Positions 46,887 through 55,521 of a stretch of 64,000 nucleotides of DNA are shown here, piece by piece; positions within the stretch are counted from its first letter, which is position 1, and each line of letters starts with the position of its first letter. The notes below the pieces were generated by a model. It was not told where the DNA came from. It saw only the letters and a list, made by a program, of their open reading frames with translations, and did not search any database. The stretch is from an uncultured Gammaproteobacteria bacterium. GTDB lineage: Bacteria > Patescibacteriota > Microgenomatia > Levybacterales > UBA12049. The stretch is from positions 18,993-82,992 of the forward strand of contig CAZWXQ010000005.1 in NCBI GenBank assembly GCA_964637955.1, given 5' to 3'. The translations under genes were made by a program, and so were the position numbers.

Positions 46887-46965
46887 ACTTAGATTGAAGA
46901 TCTAAGTATAACTAACTCTAAATCTCTCCATCTAAAGAAGGATCGATAAGAGATTAGTAAGGAGG
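46887..46965 (+). promoter_or_regulatory. second copy of structured leader element (hairpin CUUAGAU-ugaag-AUCUAAG + element B + SD AAGGAGG)
   Basis: Flanks identical to 10016..10072 copy (19 nt 5' and 28 nt 3'); inner hairpin differs with compensatory changes. Confidence 0.45.
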
Positions 46966-46975
46966 TGAATAATTA

Positions 46976-47461
46976 ATGATAAATAAAAAAATAGTTATAC
47001 CATTCGTAGTATTAGGATTCTTAGCTTTTAGTACATTAGCTACGCAAAGTTATGCTTCTATACAAGAAAACACAGATCCTGAATCAGCGATTGTAGAAAA
47101 AATTGCTACTAAATTTGGACTAAATAAGGTCGAAGTTCAAAAAGTTTTTGATGAACAAAAAACACAAATGCATGCCGATATGCAAAAGAAAAACGAAGAA
47201 AGATTAACTCAACTTGTTACTGATGGAAAAATAACAGAAACACAAAAAACTCTAATTCTTAACAAACATAAAGAAATGCAACAAGAAAGAGAAACTAACA
47301 AAGATAGTTTTAAAAATCAAACTCCAGAAGAGAGAAAATCTCAGATGGAATCCAAAAAAGCTGAAATGGAGGCTTGGGCAAAAGATAATGGAATTGATTC
47401 CCAATACTTAATGCCAGAATTTGGTGGCAAAGGTCATGGTGGACCTAAAATGGGGATGTAA
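46976..47461 (+). CDS. secreted K/E/Q-rich hypothetical protein ending GGKGHGGPKMGM
   Basis: Signal peptide VIPFVVLGFLAFSTLATQSYA; ATG 10 nt after AAGGAGG. Confidence 0.5.
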   Translation: MINKKIVIPFVVLGFLAFSTLATQSYASIQENTDPESAIVEKIATKFGLNKVEVQKVFDEQKTQMHADMQKKNEERLTQLVTDGKITETQKTLILNKHKEMQQERETNKDSFKNQTPEERKSQMESKKAEMEAWAKDNGIDSQYLMPEFGGKGHGGPKMGM

Positions 47462-47480
47462 ATTCCACATCCACTCTCTA

Positions 47481-47516
47481 AATACCCCCGTATTTTCGGG
47501 GGTATTTTGTTTTGTT
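47481..47516 (+). terminator. rho-independent terminator
   Basis: aatacccccg-tatttt-cgggggtatt-ttgttttgtt. Confidence 0.65.
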
Positions 47517-47626
47517 ACATAAATTATTCTTATTAATTTTTTAAATAGCAAATCTCGACTAAATTAAATATTAAAAATCAAATTACTTCTGAATTTCAAA
47601 ATAAAACAATCTGTTATACTCAAACT

Positions 47627-48118
47627 ATGGGAAAATCTACATCAATTTTTACTAAATCTCTTTTAAAAAAAATTCTTCTTATCTTTTCAGTAATGATTAT
47701 TTGTTTTATCTTGAGTTATTTTATACTTGGCTTAAAAAATAAAAACGAAAAGACTCCAATCGACACTAATCTAGTAATAATTAATTCTGATTCAACTTGG
47801 AATTTAGTACAAAATTGGCGAAAAGAGAATAATCTAAAAGAATTTGAAAAAAGCGATCGCCTCTGCGTTATCGCAAAAGATTTAGCAAACGATACAAATA
47901 TAAAAAAGATTTCCTTTAGAGATAAGTACTGGAATTATCCCTACAAAATAGGTCAGGTCTCAATTTATAATGCTGATTCCGCAAGTGATGTTTTAGAAGA
48001 GTGGATAAATACCAAAGATAATTTAGAAATATTAAAAAAAGATTGGAAATATTCATGCTTAGTTTGTGAAGGAAATAACTGCGCTCAGATTTTTTCTAAT
48101 TTAGAAAAACCAAATTAG
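47627..48118 (+). CDS. membrane-anchored CAP/SCP-like (YkwD-like) domain protein
   Basis: N-terminal TM; LVQNWRKENNLKEFEKSDRLCVIAKDLAND resembles CAP-domain N-terminal helix; tentative. Confidence 0.3.
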   Translation: MGKSTSIFTKSLLKKILLIFSVMIICFILSYFILGLKNKNEKTPIDTNLVIINSDSTWNLVQNWRKENNLKEFEKSDRLCVIAKDLANDTNIKKISFRDKYWNYPYKIGQVSIYNADSASDVLEEWINTKDNLEILKKDWKYSCLVCEGNNCAQIFSNLEKPN

Positions 48119-48435
48119 TTGGGAAATTTTTCAGCAAATTTAGCAATCTCATTAATTACCGGAAGAATTGCTTTCCCCTTTGGAGTTAAGCCATAAACTA
48201 CAGAAACCTTATCAAGCGTTTCCTCTTTTCTCTCCACAAGACCTTCTTTCTCTAATCTTTTAAGCCTATCTGAAAGAGTAGTGGGATTAAGACCACCAAT
48301 TTCTCTCTGAAGCTCATTAAATCTCATTTCTTTCTCGGATAGATGATTTATAACGCAGAGCATATGAGCCTCAGCTATCATGTTAATAGCATTATCTATA
48401 TCTTGACGGGTAGCATTTAAATTACTTCTAGTCAT
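48115..48435 (-). CDS. HxlR-family winged-helix transcriptional regulator
   Basis: CVINHLSEKEMRFNELQREIGGLNPTTLSDRLKRLEKEGLVERKE....VVYGLTPKG matches HxlR pattern. Confidence 0.7.
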   Translation of the reverse strand: MTRSNLNATRQDIDNAINMIAEAHMLCVINHLSEKEMRFNELQREIGGLNPTTLSDRLKRLEKEGLVERKEETLDKVSVVYGLTPKGKAILPVINEIAKFAEKFPN

Positions 48436-48486
48436 ATATTTGGTATCAATACAGTTTTTTTATATGTATTGACATACTATTCTTTC

Positions 48487-48498
48487 TATAGTACTATA
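48487..48498. promoter_or_regulatory. perfect 12-bp palindrome TATAGTACTATA in divergent region (candidate HxlR operator overlapping a -10-like element)
   Basis: also imperfect inverted repeat GTATCAATAC...GTATTGACAT at 48443..48475; TTGACA at 48469. Confidence 0.35.
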
Positions 48499-48541
48499 AT
48501 TATTGTAGTGCTATAGATTATATAGTTATTATATCAAAAAT

Positions 48542-49174
48542 ATGAACTCAACTCAAATAAAATACACATCTCTTGCGTCAGAAACTTCAATTAAAAAAAC
48601 AATTGAATCACTCAGTAAAAATGGCTTTATCCCAACAGTTGCGGATTCAGAAAAAGAAGCTTTAGCAGAAATCATAAAACTTATCCCTGAAGGATCGTCC
48701 ATTAACAATGGGACTTCAAAAACTCTTCAGGAAATAGGATTTGTAGATCTTCTTAAGGCAGGGGATCATAGCTGGGAAAATCTACATGAAACTATATTGG
48801 AAGAAAAGGATCCCAAAAAACAAGCACATCTTAGAAAACTCTCAACGATTTCAGATTTTTATCTTGGTAGCGCACACGCTTTAACTGAAAATGGGGAAAT
48901 ACTGATTGCGTCAAATACCGGCAGTCAACTTCCGCACTTAGTATTCACATCTCAAAATATAATTCTTGTAGTAGGAGCGCAGAAGATTACCAAAAACTTA
49001 GATGATGCATTCAAAAGACTAAACGAAGTTGTTATTCCGCAAGAAAACGAAAGAATGATGGGTGTTTATGGAGTCGGAACAACTCATGCAAAAACTCTTA
49101 TACTTCATAAAGAAAATCCTATGATGGGAAGAAAAATTTATGTGATTTTAGTAAAAGAAAGTTTAGGATTTTAA
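48542..49174 (+). CDS. LUD-domain (LutC/YkgG-like) protein
   Basis: About 210 aa with ILIASNTGSQLPHLVFTSQNIILVVGAQKI pattern consistent with the LUD family. Confidence 0.45.
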   Translation: MNSTQIKYTSLASETSIKKTIESLSKNGFIPTVADSEKEALAEIIKLIPEGSSINNGTSKTLQEIGFVDLLKAGDHSWENLHETILEEKDPKKQAHLRKLSTISDFYLGSAHALTENGEILIASNTGSQLPHLVFTSQNIILVVGAQKITKNLDDAFKRLNEVVIPQENERMMGVYGVGTTHAKTLILHKENPMMGRKIYVILVKESLGF

Positions 49175-50112
49175 TGAAAGCAGCTCAATATAAAAAATAC
49201 GGCGATACAAGTGCTATAGAAGTTATTGACAATGCTAAGGATCCTGAATATTCTGATTCTCAAATACTGATTGAAGTTTTTTCTTCAAGTATAAATCCTG
49301 TTGAATCCGCAATAAGAAATGGCTACATGCAGCAAATGCTTCCGTTAAATTTCCCAGCAACACTTGGGGGAGATTTTTCGGGTGTAGTAAAAGAGGTGGG
49401 TAAAAATGTAACTAAATTTAAAATTGGAGATGAAATTTTCGGAATTGCTAATCCATTTAAAGGAGGATCCGGTTCAGTTGCTCAATTTGTTACCGCTAAT
49501 GAAATAAATTCTGCTATAAAGCCTTCTAACATTGACCATGAAAAAGCTTCGAGCTTACCCCTGGTCGGAACAAGTGCAATCCAAGCCTTAGAAGAACACA
49601 TTCAGATTGAATCAGGCCAGAAGATATTAATCCATGGAGGTGCTGGAGGCATAGGATCAATAGCTATTCAAGTCGCTAAATCACATGGAGCGTATGTTGC
49701 AACGACCACAAACAATGAATCAATTGAATTTATAAAAAACTTAGGAGCAAATGAAGCAATTGATTATAAAACCCAAGATTTTACAAAAATACTAAAAGAA
49801 TTTGATGCAGTTTTTGATACAGTGGGCGGAGAAATAACAAATAAATCAATTTATATACTTAAAAAAGGTGGTATTTTAGTTACAATGGCTGGCCAAATAG
49901 ATGATAATTTAGCAAAAGAACATGATATAAAAGCTATAACTCAAATGACAAACGGAGACACAAACACATTAAATAGGTTAAAAGACTTGATTGAAACAGA
50001 AAAAATTAAGCCTGTAATTGATTCTGTATTTTCACTAGAACAAGCTAAAGAAGCTTATGAGTTACTTGAAGAAGGTCATACAAAAGGTAAAATTGTTATA
50101 AGGATTAAGTAA
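49174..50112 (+). CDS. zinc-type alcohol dehydrogenase / NADPH:quinone oxidoreductase (MDR superfamily)
   Basis: N-terminal GroES-like domain, Rossmann GGAGGIGSIAIQVAK, C-terminal KGKIVI. Confidence 0.8.
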   Translation: MKAAQYKKYGDTSAIEVIDNAKDPEYSDSQILIEVFSSSINPVESAIRNGYMQQMLPLNFPATLGGDFSGVVKEVGKNVTKFKIGDEIFGIANPFKGGSGSVAQFVTANEINSAIKPSNIDHEKASSLPLVGTSAIQALEEHIQIESGQKILIHGGAGGIGSIAIQVAKSHGAYVATTTNNESIEFIKNLGANEAIDYKTQDFTKILKEFDAVFDTVGGEITNKSIYILKKGGILVTMAGQIDDNLAKEHDIKAITQMTNGDTNTLNRLKDLIETEKIKPVIDSVFSLEQAKEAYELLEEGHTKGKIVIRIK

Positions 50113-50236
50113 TCTTCTCAATCTCTGAGTAAAATATTCTATAGAATCAGAATCAAATCAAATTTACTATTAAATAAATGCACGCTTTAATATTTTCCTT
50201 AAACTTATAAATTTTGGAAAGGTTATAATATATGAG

Positions 50237-50608
50237 ATGGATAAAAAGTCTACAAATTATAAAATTCTTCTAACGTATAAGGGTAAGGCTCTAATGATGT
50301 ATAAATTTAATAGCGCAGTTGATGTCGAAATGCACGATTGGAAATTTATTGGTGGAGAAAAAATGGCGAGAGAAACCTCAGAAGACGCTCTATCAAGAAT
50401 AGTTAAAAATGAAGCAAATATAAAGATAGGTGATGTAAAATTAATTTCAAATAATTTTTATCATGCTAGACTTACTGATGAAAACGTAAATCAGATAGAG
50501 AGAAGCGAAGGACAACTACTAGATTTTTTCACGCCAACTGACTTGCAAAAATTAAAGCTAGATGAAGACACTAGAAATTTTACTTCAAAATACGCCAATC
50601 TAATATAG
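50237..50608 (+). CDS. hypothetical protein (123 aa), possibly degenerate Nudix-like
   Basis: GGEKMARETSEDALSRIVKNEANI loosely resembles Nudix box with key Glu substitutions. Confidence 0.3.
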   Translation: MDKKSTNYKILLTYKGKALMMYKFNSAVDVEMHDWKFIGGEKMARETSEDALSRIVKNEANIKIGDVKLISNNFYHARLTDENVNQIERSEGQLLDFFTPTDLQKLKLDEDTRNFTSKYANLI

Positions 50609-50620
50609 CTATCCTATAGT

Positions 50621-50649
50621 TTGATTGTGAGAAGCAAAACTGATATAAT
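50621..50649 (+). promoter_or_regulatory. candidate promoter TTGATT-N17-TATAAT for DEAD-box helicase gene, about 75-nt 5'UTR
   Basis: ttgattgtgagaagcaaaactgatataat. Confidence 0.45.
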
Positions 50650-50728
50650 AAACACACTGAATAATTAGATAAGAACATCTTATAAACTGTCTCTTTTCCT
50701 CATTTTTCACAATTTAAACATTTTAGTT

Positions 50729-51910
50729 ATGTACAAAAATCATAGCAATCATAGAAATAATAATAGAAATAACCGTGCGAACGGACAAAGAAACCCTGCT
50801 AAAAAACAGGCATATATTGATCCTGTTCTTTTCGTGAATAAGCCTGAAAATGTTATCGAAGCTCCTAGAATTGAAATCAGGCATAATTTCTCAGACTTTT
50901 TAATTGCTGATCAGATAAAAACAAATATATTAAATAAAGGCTATGAAAAACCTACTCCAATCCAAGATCAGGTTATTCCACTAGTTCTTGAAGGACGAGA
51001 CATAATAGGGATTGCAAACACTGGAACAGGAAAGACCGGAGCATTTTTGATTCCACTAATTAATAAAGTTTTATATAACAGATCCCAAAAAGTTTTAATT
51101 ATCGCACCAACCCGTGAACTTGCAGTTCAAATAAATGACGAATTAAAAATTTTTGCAAGGGAAATGAATATCCTCTCGGTTCTTTGTATCGGCGGATCAG
51201 GATTGTCTTATCAAATTGCTAGCATAAGGCGTCCTCATGATTTCATCATAGGAACTCCAGGAAGAATCAAAGATCTTAAGATGCAAGGTAAATTAAATCT
51301 AGCTAACTACAACAACATCGTGCTTGATGAAGTCGACAGAATGATGGACATGGGATTTATTCATGACATGAAATTCATAATTTCTCATTTACCAGGCAGA
51401 AGACAAGGTTTATTTTTTTCAGCAACTATGCCCAAATACGTTCTCCCAATCGCTGAAAGTTTCTTGAGAAATCCAGCAACTGTTACTGTAAGATCACAAG
51501 ATACTTCCATAAATATTGATCAAGACGTAATAAAACTTCAGGGTAGAAATAAAGTAGATGTTTTGCATGATCTTCTAGCAGAAGACGATTTTGAAAAAGT
51601 TATCGTTTTTGGCAGAACGAAGTGGGGAGTAGAGAAACTAAGCAAAACACTTCAGCAAAGAGGTTTTAGAGCAATGGCTATTCATGGAAATAAAAACCAA
51701 AACCAAAGACAGCGCGCAATTGATCAGTTTAAAGACAATCAAATTCAGGTTCTTTTAGCTACTGATGTGGCTTCCCGAGGACTAGATATTGATGATGTAA
51801 CTCATGTTATTAACTTTGATCAACCTGCGACTTACGAAGATTATATTCATAGAATTGGAAGAACTGGAAGAGCCCAAAAAAAGGGAAAAGCCATTACTTT
51901 TATCGACTAA
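50729..51910 (+). CDS. DEAD-box ATP-dependent RNA helicase
   Basis: Q-motif, GTGKTGAF, DEVDRM (motif II), SAT, HRIGRTGRA. Confidence 0.9.
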   Translation: MYKNHSNHRNNNRNNRANGQRNPAKKQAYIDPVLFVNKPENVIEAPRIEIRHNFSDFLIADQIKTNILNKGYEKPTPIQDQVIPLVLEGRDIIGIANTGTGKTGAFLIPLINKVLYNRSQKVLIIAPTRELAVQINDELKIFAREMNILSVLCIGGSGLSYQIASIRRPHDFIIGTPGRIKDLKMQGKLNLANYNNIVLDEVDRMMDMGFIHDMKFIISHLPGRRQGLFFSATMPKYVLPIAESFLRNPATVTVRSQDTSINIDQDVIKLQGRNKVDVLHDLLAEDDFEKVIVFGRTKWGVEKLSKTLQQRGFRAMAIHGNKNQNQRQRAIDQFKDNQIQVLLATDVASRGLDIDDVTHVINFDQPATYEDYIHRIGRTGRAQKKGKAITFID

Positions 51911-51928
51911 TAAATTCTCTGGTAAAGC

Positions 51929-52597
51929 TTATTGAGATTCTAATTGATAAGTAGAAAATGATACACCCAACTCTTCTGGAAAATTTAAGTAAGGCATTTT
52001 AGGATTAAATACAGAAGAATAATTATTAATTTTTGTTAATTCTATAAGGCTGAGCGATGAAGGAATTTCAAGTCTTTCAATTAATCCAGTCTTCGGCATG
52101 AAATCAATTATTTGAATACCATTTACCTCAAATTGAATTAAATGTCCTTTCTCTCCAGTAAGTAAACTTCTTTTTTCAAAGCCAGGAATATCAAATATTG
52201 GCGTGAATAAAAAAGTTTGACCATTAAATTCGTAGTTTGCCAAAAGCATATGATACATTTGACTCTCTATCGGAAAAGGATTTCTTCCTACAATCCCAAG
52301 GGAAATTTGAGGTGTTCCAAAAGTAACATTGTAGTTGGCTTGAAATAATGGGCCATCATCTCCTTGGTCTATTGTCCAACTTACATTATGAACTCCTCCT
52401 TCATGATCCATACTTACAGCAGTTTTAAGTTTTCCATCTTTTTCTACGAAATATCTTCCATTCGCACCGAACTCGTCTTTATACACAAAAAGCCCAGGAC
52501 CCACCTCAACTCTATCTAAATTTTCATCATATTCTTTAATCTGCTGATTAAATAAATCAAAATTTCTTTCAATGGGGGTTGGAATTTCAGATTTCAT
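51929..52597 (-). CDS. hypothetical protein (222 aa)
   Basis: Long ORF; no motif recognised. Confidence 0.4.
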   Translation of the reverse strand: MKSEIPTPIERNFDLFNQQIKEYDENLDRVEVGPGLFVYKDEFGANGRYFVEKDGKLKTAVSMDHEGGVHNVSWTIDQGDDGPLFQANYNVTFGTPQISLGIVGRNPFPIESQMYHMLLANYEFNGQTFLFTPIFDIPGFEKRSLLTGEKGHLIQFEVNGIQIIDFMPKTGLIERLEIPSSLSLIELTKINNYSSVFNPKMPYLNFPEELGVSFSTYQLESQ

Positions 52598-52644
52598 TCC
52601 CCAATTATATTGAATTAATAAGCTAAATCAACCCTCTTTCGTAT

Positions 52645-52673
52645 TTGACAGAGAATTAAAATAAGTTTAAAAT
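52645..52673 (+). promoter_or_regulatory. candidate promoter TTGACA-N17-TAAAAT, -10 ends 10 nt before ATG 52683
   Basis: ttgacagagaattaaaataagtttaaaat. Confidence 0.35.
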
Positions 52674-52682
52674 CCTTCGACT

Positions 52683-53834
52683 ATGCCAGCAAACGAAACA
52701 GAGCCTATAAATCAGAGTATATTTCCATTTAATGCTATCGAAACACAAAGCGTTCTAGATGAGCTTAACTTTAGTAAAAATTCAAGCGCAAATGATCTGT
52801 GTGAAAGTGAAATTGACTTACTCCTAGCTCAAAATCCTGAAATACATTTCGTAGTTGAGGATGCAATGGCGTATTTTAACAGACCTGAAGATCCTGAGCT
52901 CCAGTCACATCTTCATAATCAATTTCTTTGGGGGAATATAGTCACATATAGATTAATAAGACAAAAGTTGGAGTCAAGTGGGCAATCAATGCCACAATTT
53001 AGCCTAGACTATATAATTGAACATGCCAAAAGATTTGATGAGATTCTAAGAAGCTCAGCGTCTTATGTTGGCCAAGAGGAAATACACTTGCTTGAAAGAA
53101 ATAGAGAAGTATTGGCTTTTGAAAAAGCAGAAGAAGTCTTAGCTAATTTGACTGCAAATGCCATGGAAATTGAGCAAGGAGAATTGAGAGAAAGTTCACC
53201 AGGATATATGGGAATGGTTTTTCAATACCATTTACTTAAAGAGGGCCTTAGAAGATCTGATACAAAAAGAAGAAGTTCTTCTCCAATTCCATGGCTTACA
53301 TCTGAAGAATTTCGAAGGGAAGCAGTTTTTAACAAACACTTGGCAATTATTGAAAAACTTGATGGTTTTTTCTCAAGCGGAACCCATGCAAGATATCCTT
53401 TAGTCAGTTTAGGTCGAAAAGTAGATCTCACAGACGCCTCAATTAATGCTAGCGCAAAAAACCGAAATGTATTAGCTCTATATATTGATGGATATTCTGG
53501 AGAAAATACAAATTTATCGCTTCAAACCTTCCCAGTTTTAGATGAAAAATCCACTAGCTACCTTTTAAAGAAAACACCAGAAGAAATCCTCCCAACCAAG
53601 AAAAGACAACGTGATACAAATGGTGATCAAAGATTAGTAAAAAGAATCTCAGAAGGAGACCTTCCGCTAGTATTAGCTGTGTTAGATTTAGACAAGGGGC
53701 AAGAAGCAATGCAACTTTTTCATTCTCCATCAATAAAACCTAGAGACGCAATCAACTTTATACAAACTGGAGTAATTAGCTCAAGACAAGGAAACGTAGA
53801 GGTAGTAAGATATGAAAATGGCCAATTAAATTAA
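52683..53834 (+). CDS. hypothetical protein (383 aa)
   Basis: Long ORF; no motif recognised. Confidence 0.4.
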   Translation: MPANETEPINQSIFPFNAIETQSVLDELNFSKNSSANDLCESEIDLLLAQNPEIHFVVEDAMAYFNRPEDPELQSHLHNQFLWGNIVTYRLIRQKLESSGQSMPQFSLDYIIEHAKRFDEILRSSASYVGQEEIHLLERNREVLAFEKAEEVLANLTANAMEIEQGELRESSPGYMGMVFQYHLLKEGLRRSDTKRRSSSPIPWLTSEEFRREAVFNKHLAIIEKLDGFFSSGTHARYPLVSLGRKVDLTDASINASAKNRNVLALYIDGYSGENTNLSLQTFPVLDEKSTSYLLKKTPEEILPTKKRQRDTNGDQRLVKRISEGDLPLVLAVLDLDKGQEAMQLFHSPSIKPRDAINFIQTGVISSRQGNVEVVRYENGQLN

Positions 53835-53846
53835 TCTAAAATAAGC

Positions 53847-54236
53847 TTACTTTAATCTTTCTAAAACTCCGCGGCGCTTAACTATATTTTTATAATCCCA
53901 TTGAATATCACGAGACTTCTTTAGCCATACGCTCAGTTCTTTTATGTTAATCTCACTAACGTCGTTGTAGCGCTTCTGTGCGGCCTTAAAACTGCCTTCA
54001 ACTTCAAGCCATTCTTCGTCAAATGACTGTCCACTCCAAAAAAGCAGCTGAATGTCATTTTTTCTCTTTGCATACCCCGTAACAGGGTTTCCGTCAAGAA
54101 ACCAAACAGGATGTCCATGCCAGATTTTACTTTCAGCTTCTTTAAGTTCTGAATCAATTTCTTTTCGAAGTAAATCACAAATATCTTTATCAGCAGGCGA
54201 TAGGGAAGAGCTGTAAGAATCAATATCTTTTATCAT
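53847..54236 (-). CDS. DUF1801 (YdhG-like) domain protein
   Basis: IWHGHPVWFLDGNPVTGYAKRKNDIQLLFWSGQSF pattern. Confidence 0.4.
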   Translation of the reverse strand: MIKDIDSYSSSLSPADKDICDLLRKEIDSELKEAESKIWHGHPVWFLDGNPVTGYAKRKNDIQLLFWSGQSFDEEWLEVEGSFKAAQKRYNDVSEINIKELSVWLKKSRDIQWDYKNIVKRRGVLERLK

Positions 54237-54250
54237 AATGTTTTATTCTA

Positions 54251-55036
54251 CTATCTTGCGAACAATCTTTCCAGCTCTGGAGGAAGAATTTCTTTTATTC
54301 CAAAAAGCTTTCGAAAATCCACTCCAATCCAGGATCTATCAAGTCTCGTATCAGGACTTGTCGGGTTTGCACGAAGCTCTGGAGAAACTAATGAAGAAAC
54401 TATAACTTCTGTATCTATTTTTCTCGGAATTTGAAAAATGACATGATCATCGGCAAGCTTTCCAGATTGATCTATGGTTACCCCTTCAACTCTTATACTA
54501 TCTTCAAATGCTGTGTATTCAAAAGCGATATCATATCCACCTGAATTGCCTGAAACTACCTTATGACTAGAATCATCAGGTCTAAATTTTTCCTTATATT
54601 TTGCATGTTGAAGATATTGAGCTACACCTCCAAATATACCATACCCTACATCGACTAAATCTCCATTTAAGAATGACGCTTGTAATTGATTTAACCCGAA
54701 AGGAAAATCAAAAGACAAATCAGATCCTAACAAATCAGAAACCATACTATCATTTAATAATATAAACAATTCTTGTCCTTCTCCACTTTGACTAATAGTT
54801 GATACCTTACCTTCTGGATCGAAATTTAATCTACCAGTTTGCTCAAAGCCGTATTCTTGAGCTGGGCCATAATACAAACGACTTATGCCAAAATTACTTA
54901 TAATTCTAAATAATTCCGTTGGGTTTATATGAATAGTTTGACCCGCTCGTCCTTCATTCAAATCTAGCTCTATTAAATATTGCTCAAATGGCTTCGGTCC
55001 GGGTGTCATATCTGGATAAAAATCAAATTCCATCAT
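54251..55036 (-). CDS. hypothetical protein (261 aa)
   Basis: Long ORF; no motif recognised. Confidence 0.4.
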   Translation of the reverse strand: MMEFDFYPDMTPGPKPFEQYLIELDLNEGRAGQTIHINPTELFRIISNFGISRLYYGPAQEYGFEQTGRLNFDPEGKVSTISQSGEGQELFILLNDSMVSDLLGSDLSFDFPFGLNQLQASFLNGDLVDVGYGIFGGVAQYLQHAKYKEKFRPDDSSHKVVSGNSGGYDIAFEYTAFEDSIRVEGVTIDQSGKLADDHVIFQIPRKIDTEVIVSSLVSPELRANPTSPDTRLDRSWIGVDFRKLFGIKEILPPELERLFAR

Positions 55037-55083
55037 GCTGTGATTATATTAAAAGCGAGGCTAATAGTCAAACTATAGGTTAG

Positions 55084-55377
55084 TTAATCTCTGCATGCTT
55101 CAAAAACAATTTTTTCCTGTCTTTTATTTCTTATTCCATCAACCAGATCATATATTCCAATGCCTGCTATGAGAACAGTGGTGGCTCCAATATTTCTTAA
55201 ATCTGCACTTGATAGAATATGTCCCGCATAAGCAGTACCAATCCCTGCAACAAGAGTAGCCGGCGAAAGTTTTGTATTTATACGAGATAATCTGCCAGGC
55301 TCTTTTTTTATTTTTGGAAATAAAATACAGTGTTCATAATTTTCATCAATAATTTCAATTTTTTGAATTTCAATCAT
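55084..55377 (-). CDS. small membrane protein (97 aa)
   Basis: Two hydrophobic segments. Confidence 0.3.
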   Translation of the reverse strand: MIEIQKIEIIDENYEHCILFPKIKKEPGRLSRINTKLSPATLVAGIGTAYAGHILSSADLRNIGATTVLIAGIGIYDLVDGIRNKRQEKIVFEACRD

Positions 55378-55473
55378 TCATATATGATAAGTTTTAAGAC
55401 AAAGAGGTGCTTTACATTATTCCGACCCGAAGAAGACATAATCCTGAAATCTAGAACTTTCAATAATTACCTC

Positions 55474-55521
55474 TTGACAAATTTACAAAAAGTAGTATAG
55501 TTAGTGTCATATGTACACTAA
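55474..55521 (+). promoter_or_regulatory. promoter TTGACA-N16-TATAGT plus 21-bp palindromic operator TTAGTGT-N7-ACACTAA overlapping the nrtR start codon
   Basis: ttgacaaatttacaaaaagtagtatagttagtgtcatatgtacactaa; ATG (55511) lies in the centre of the inverted repeat, 10 nt after the -10. Confidence 0.45.
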
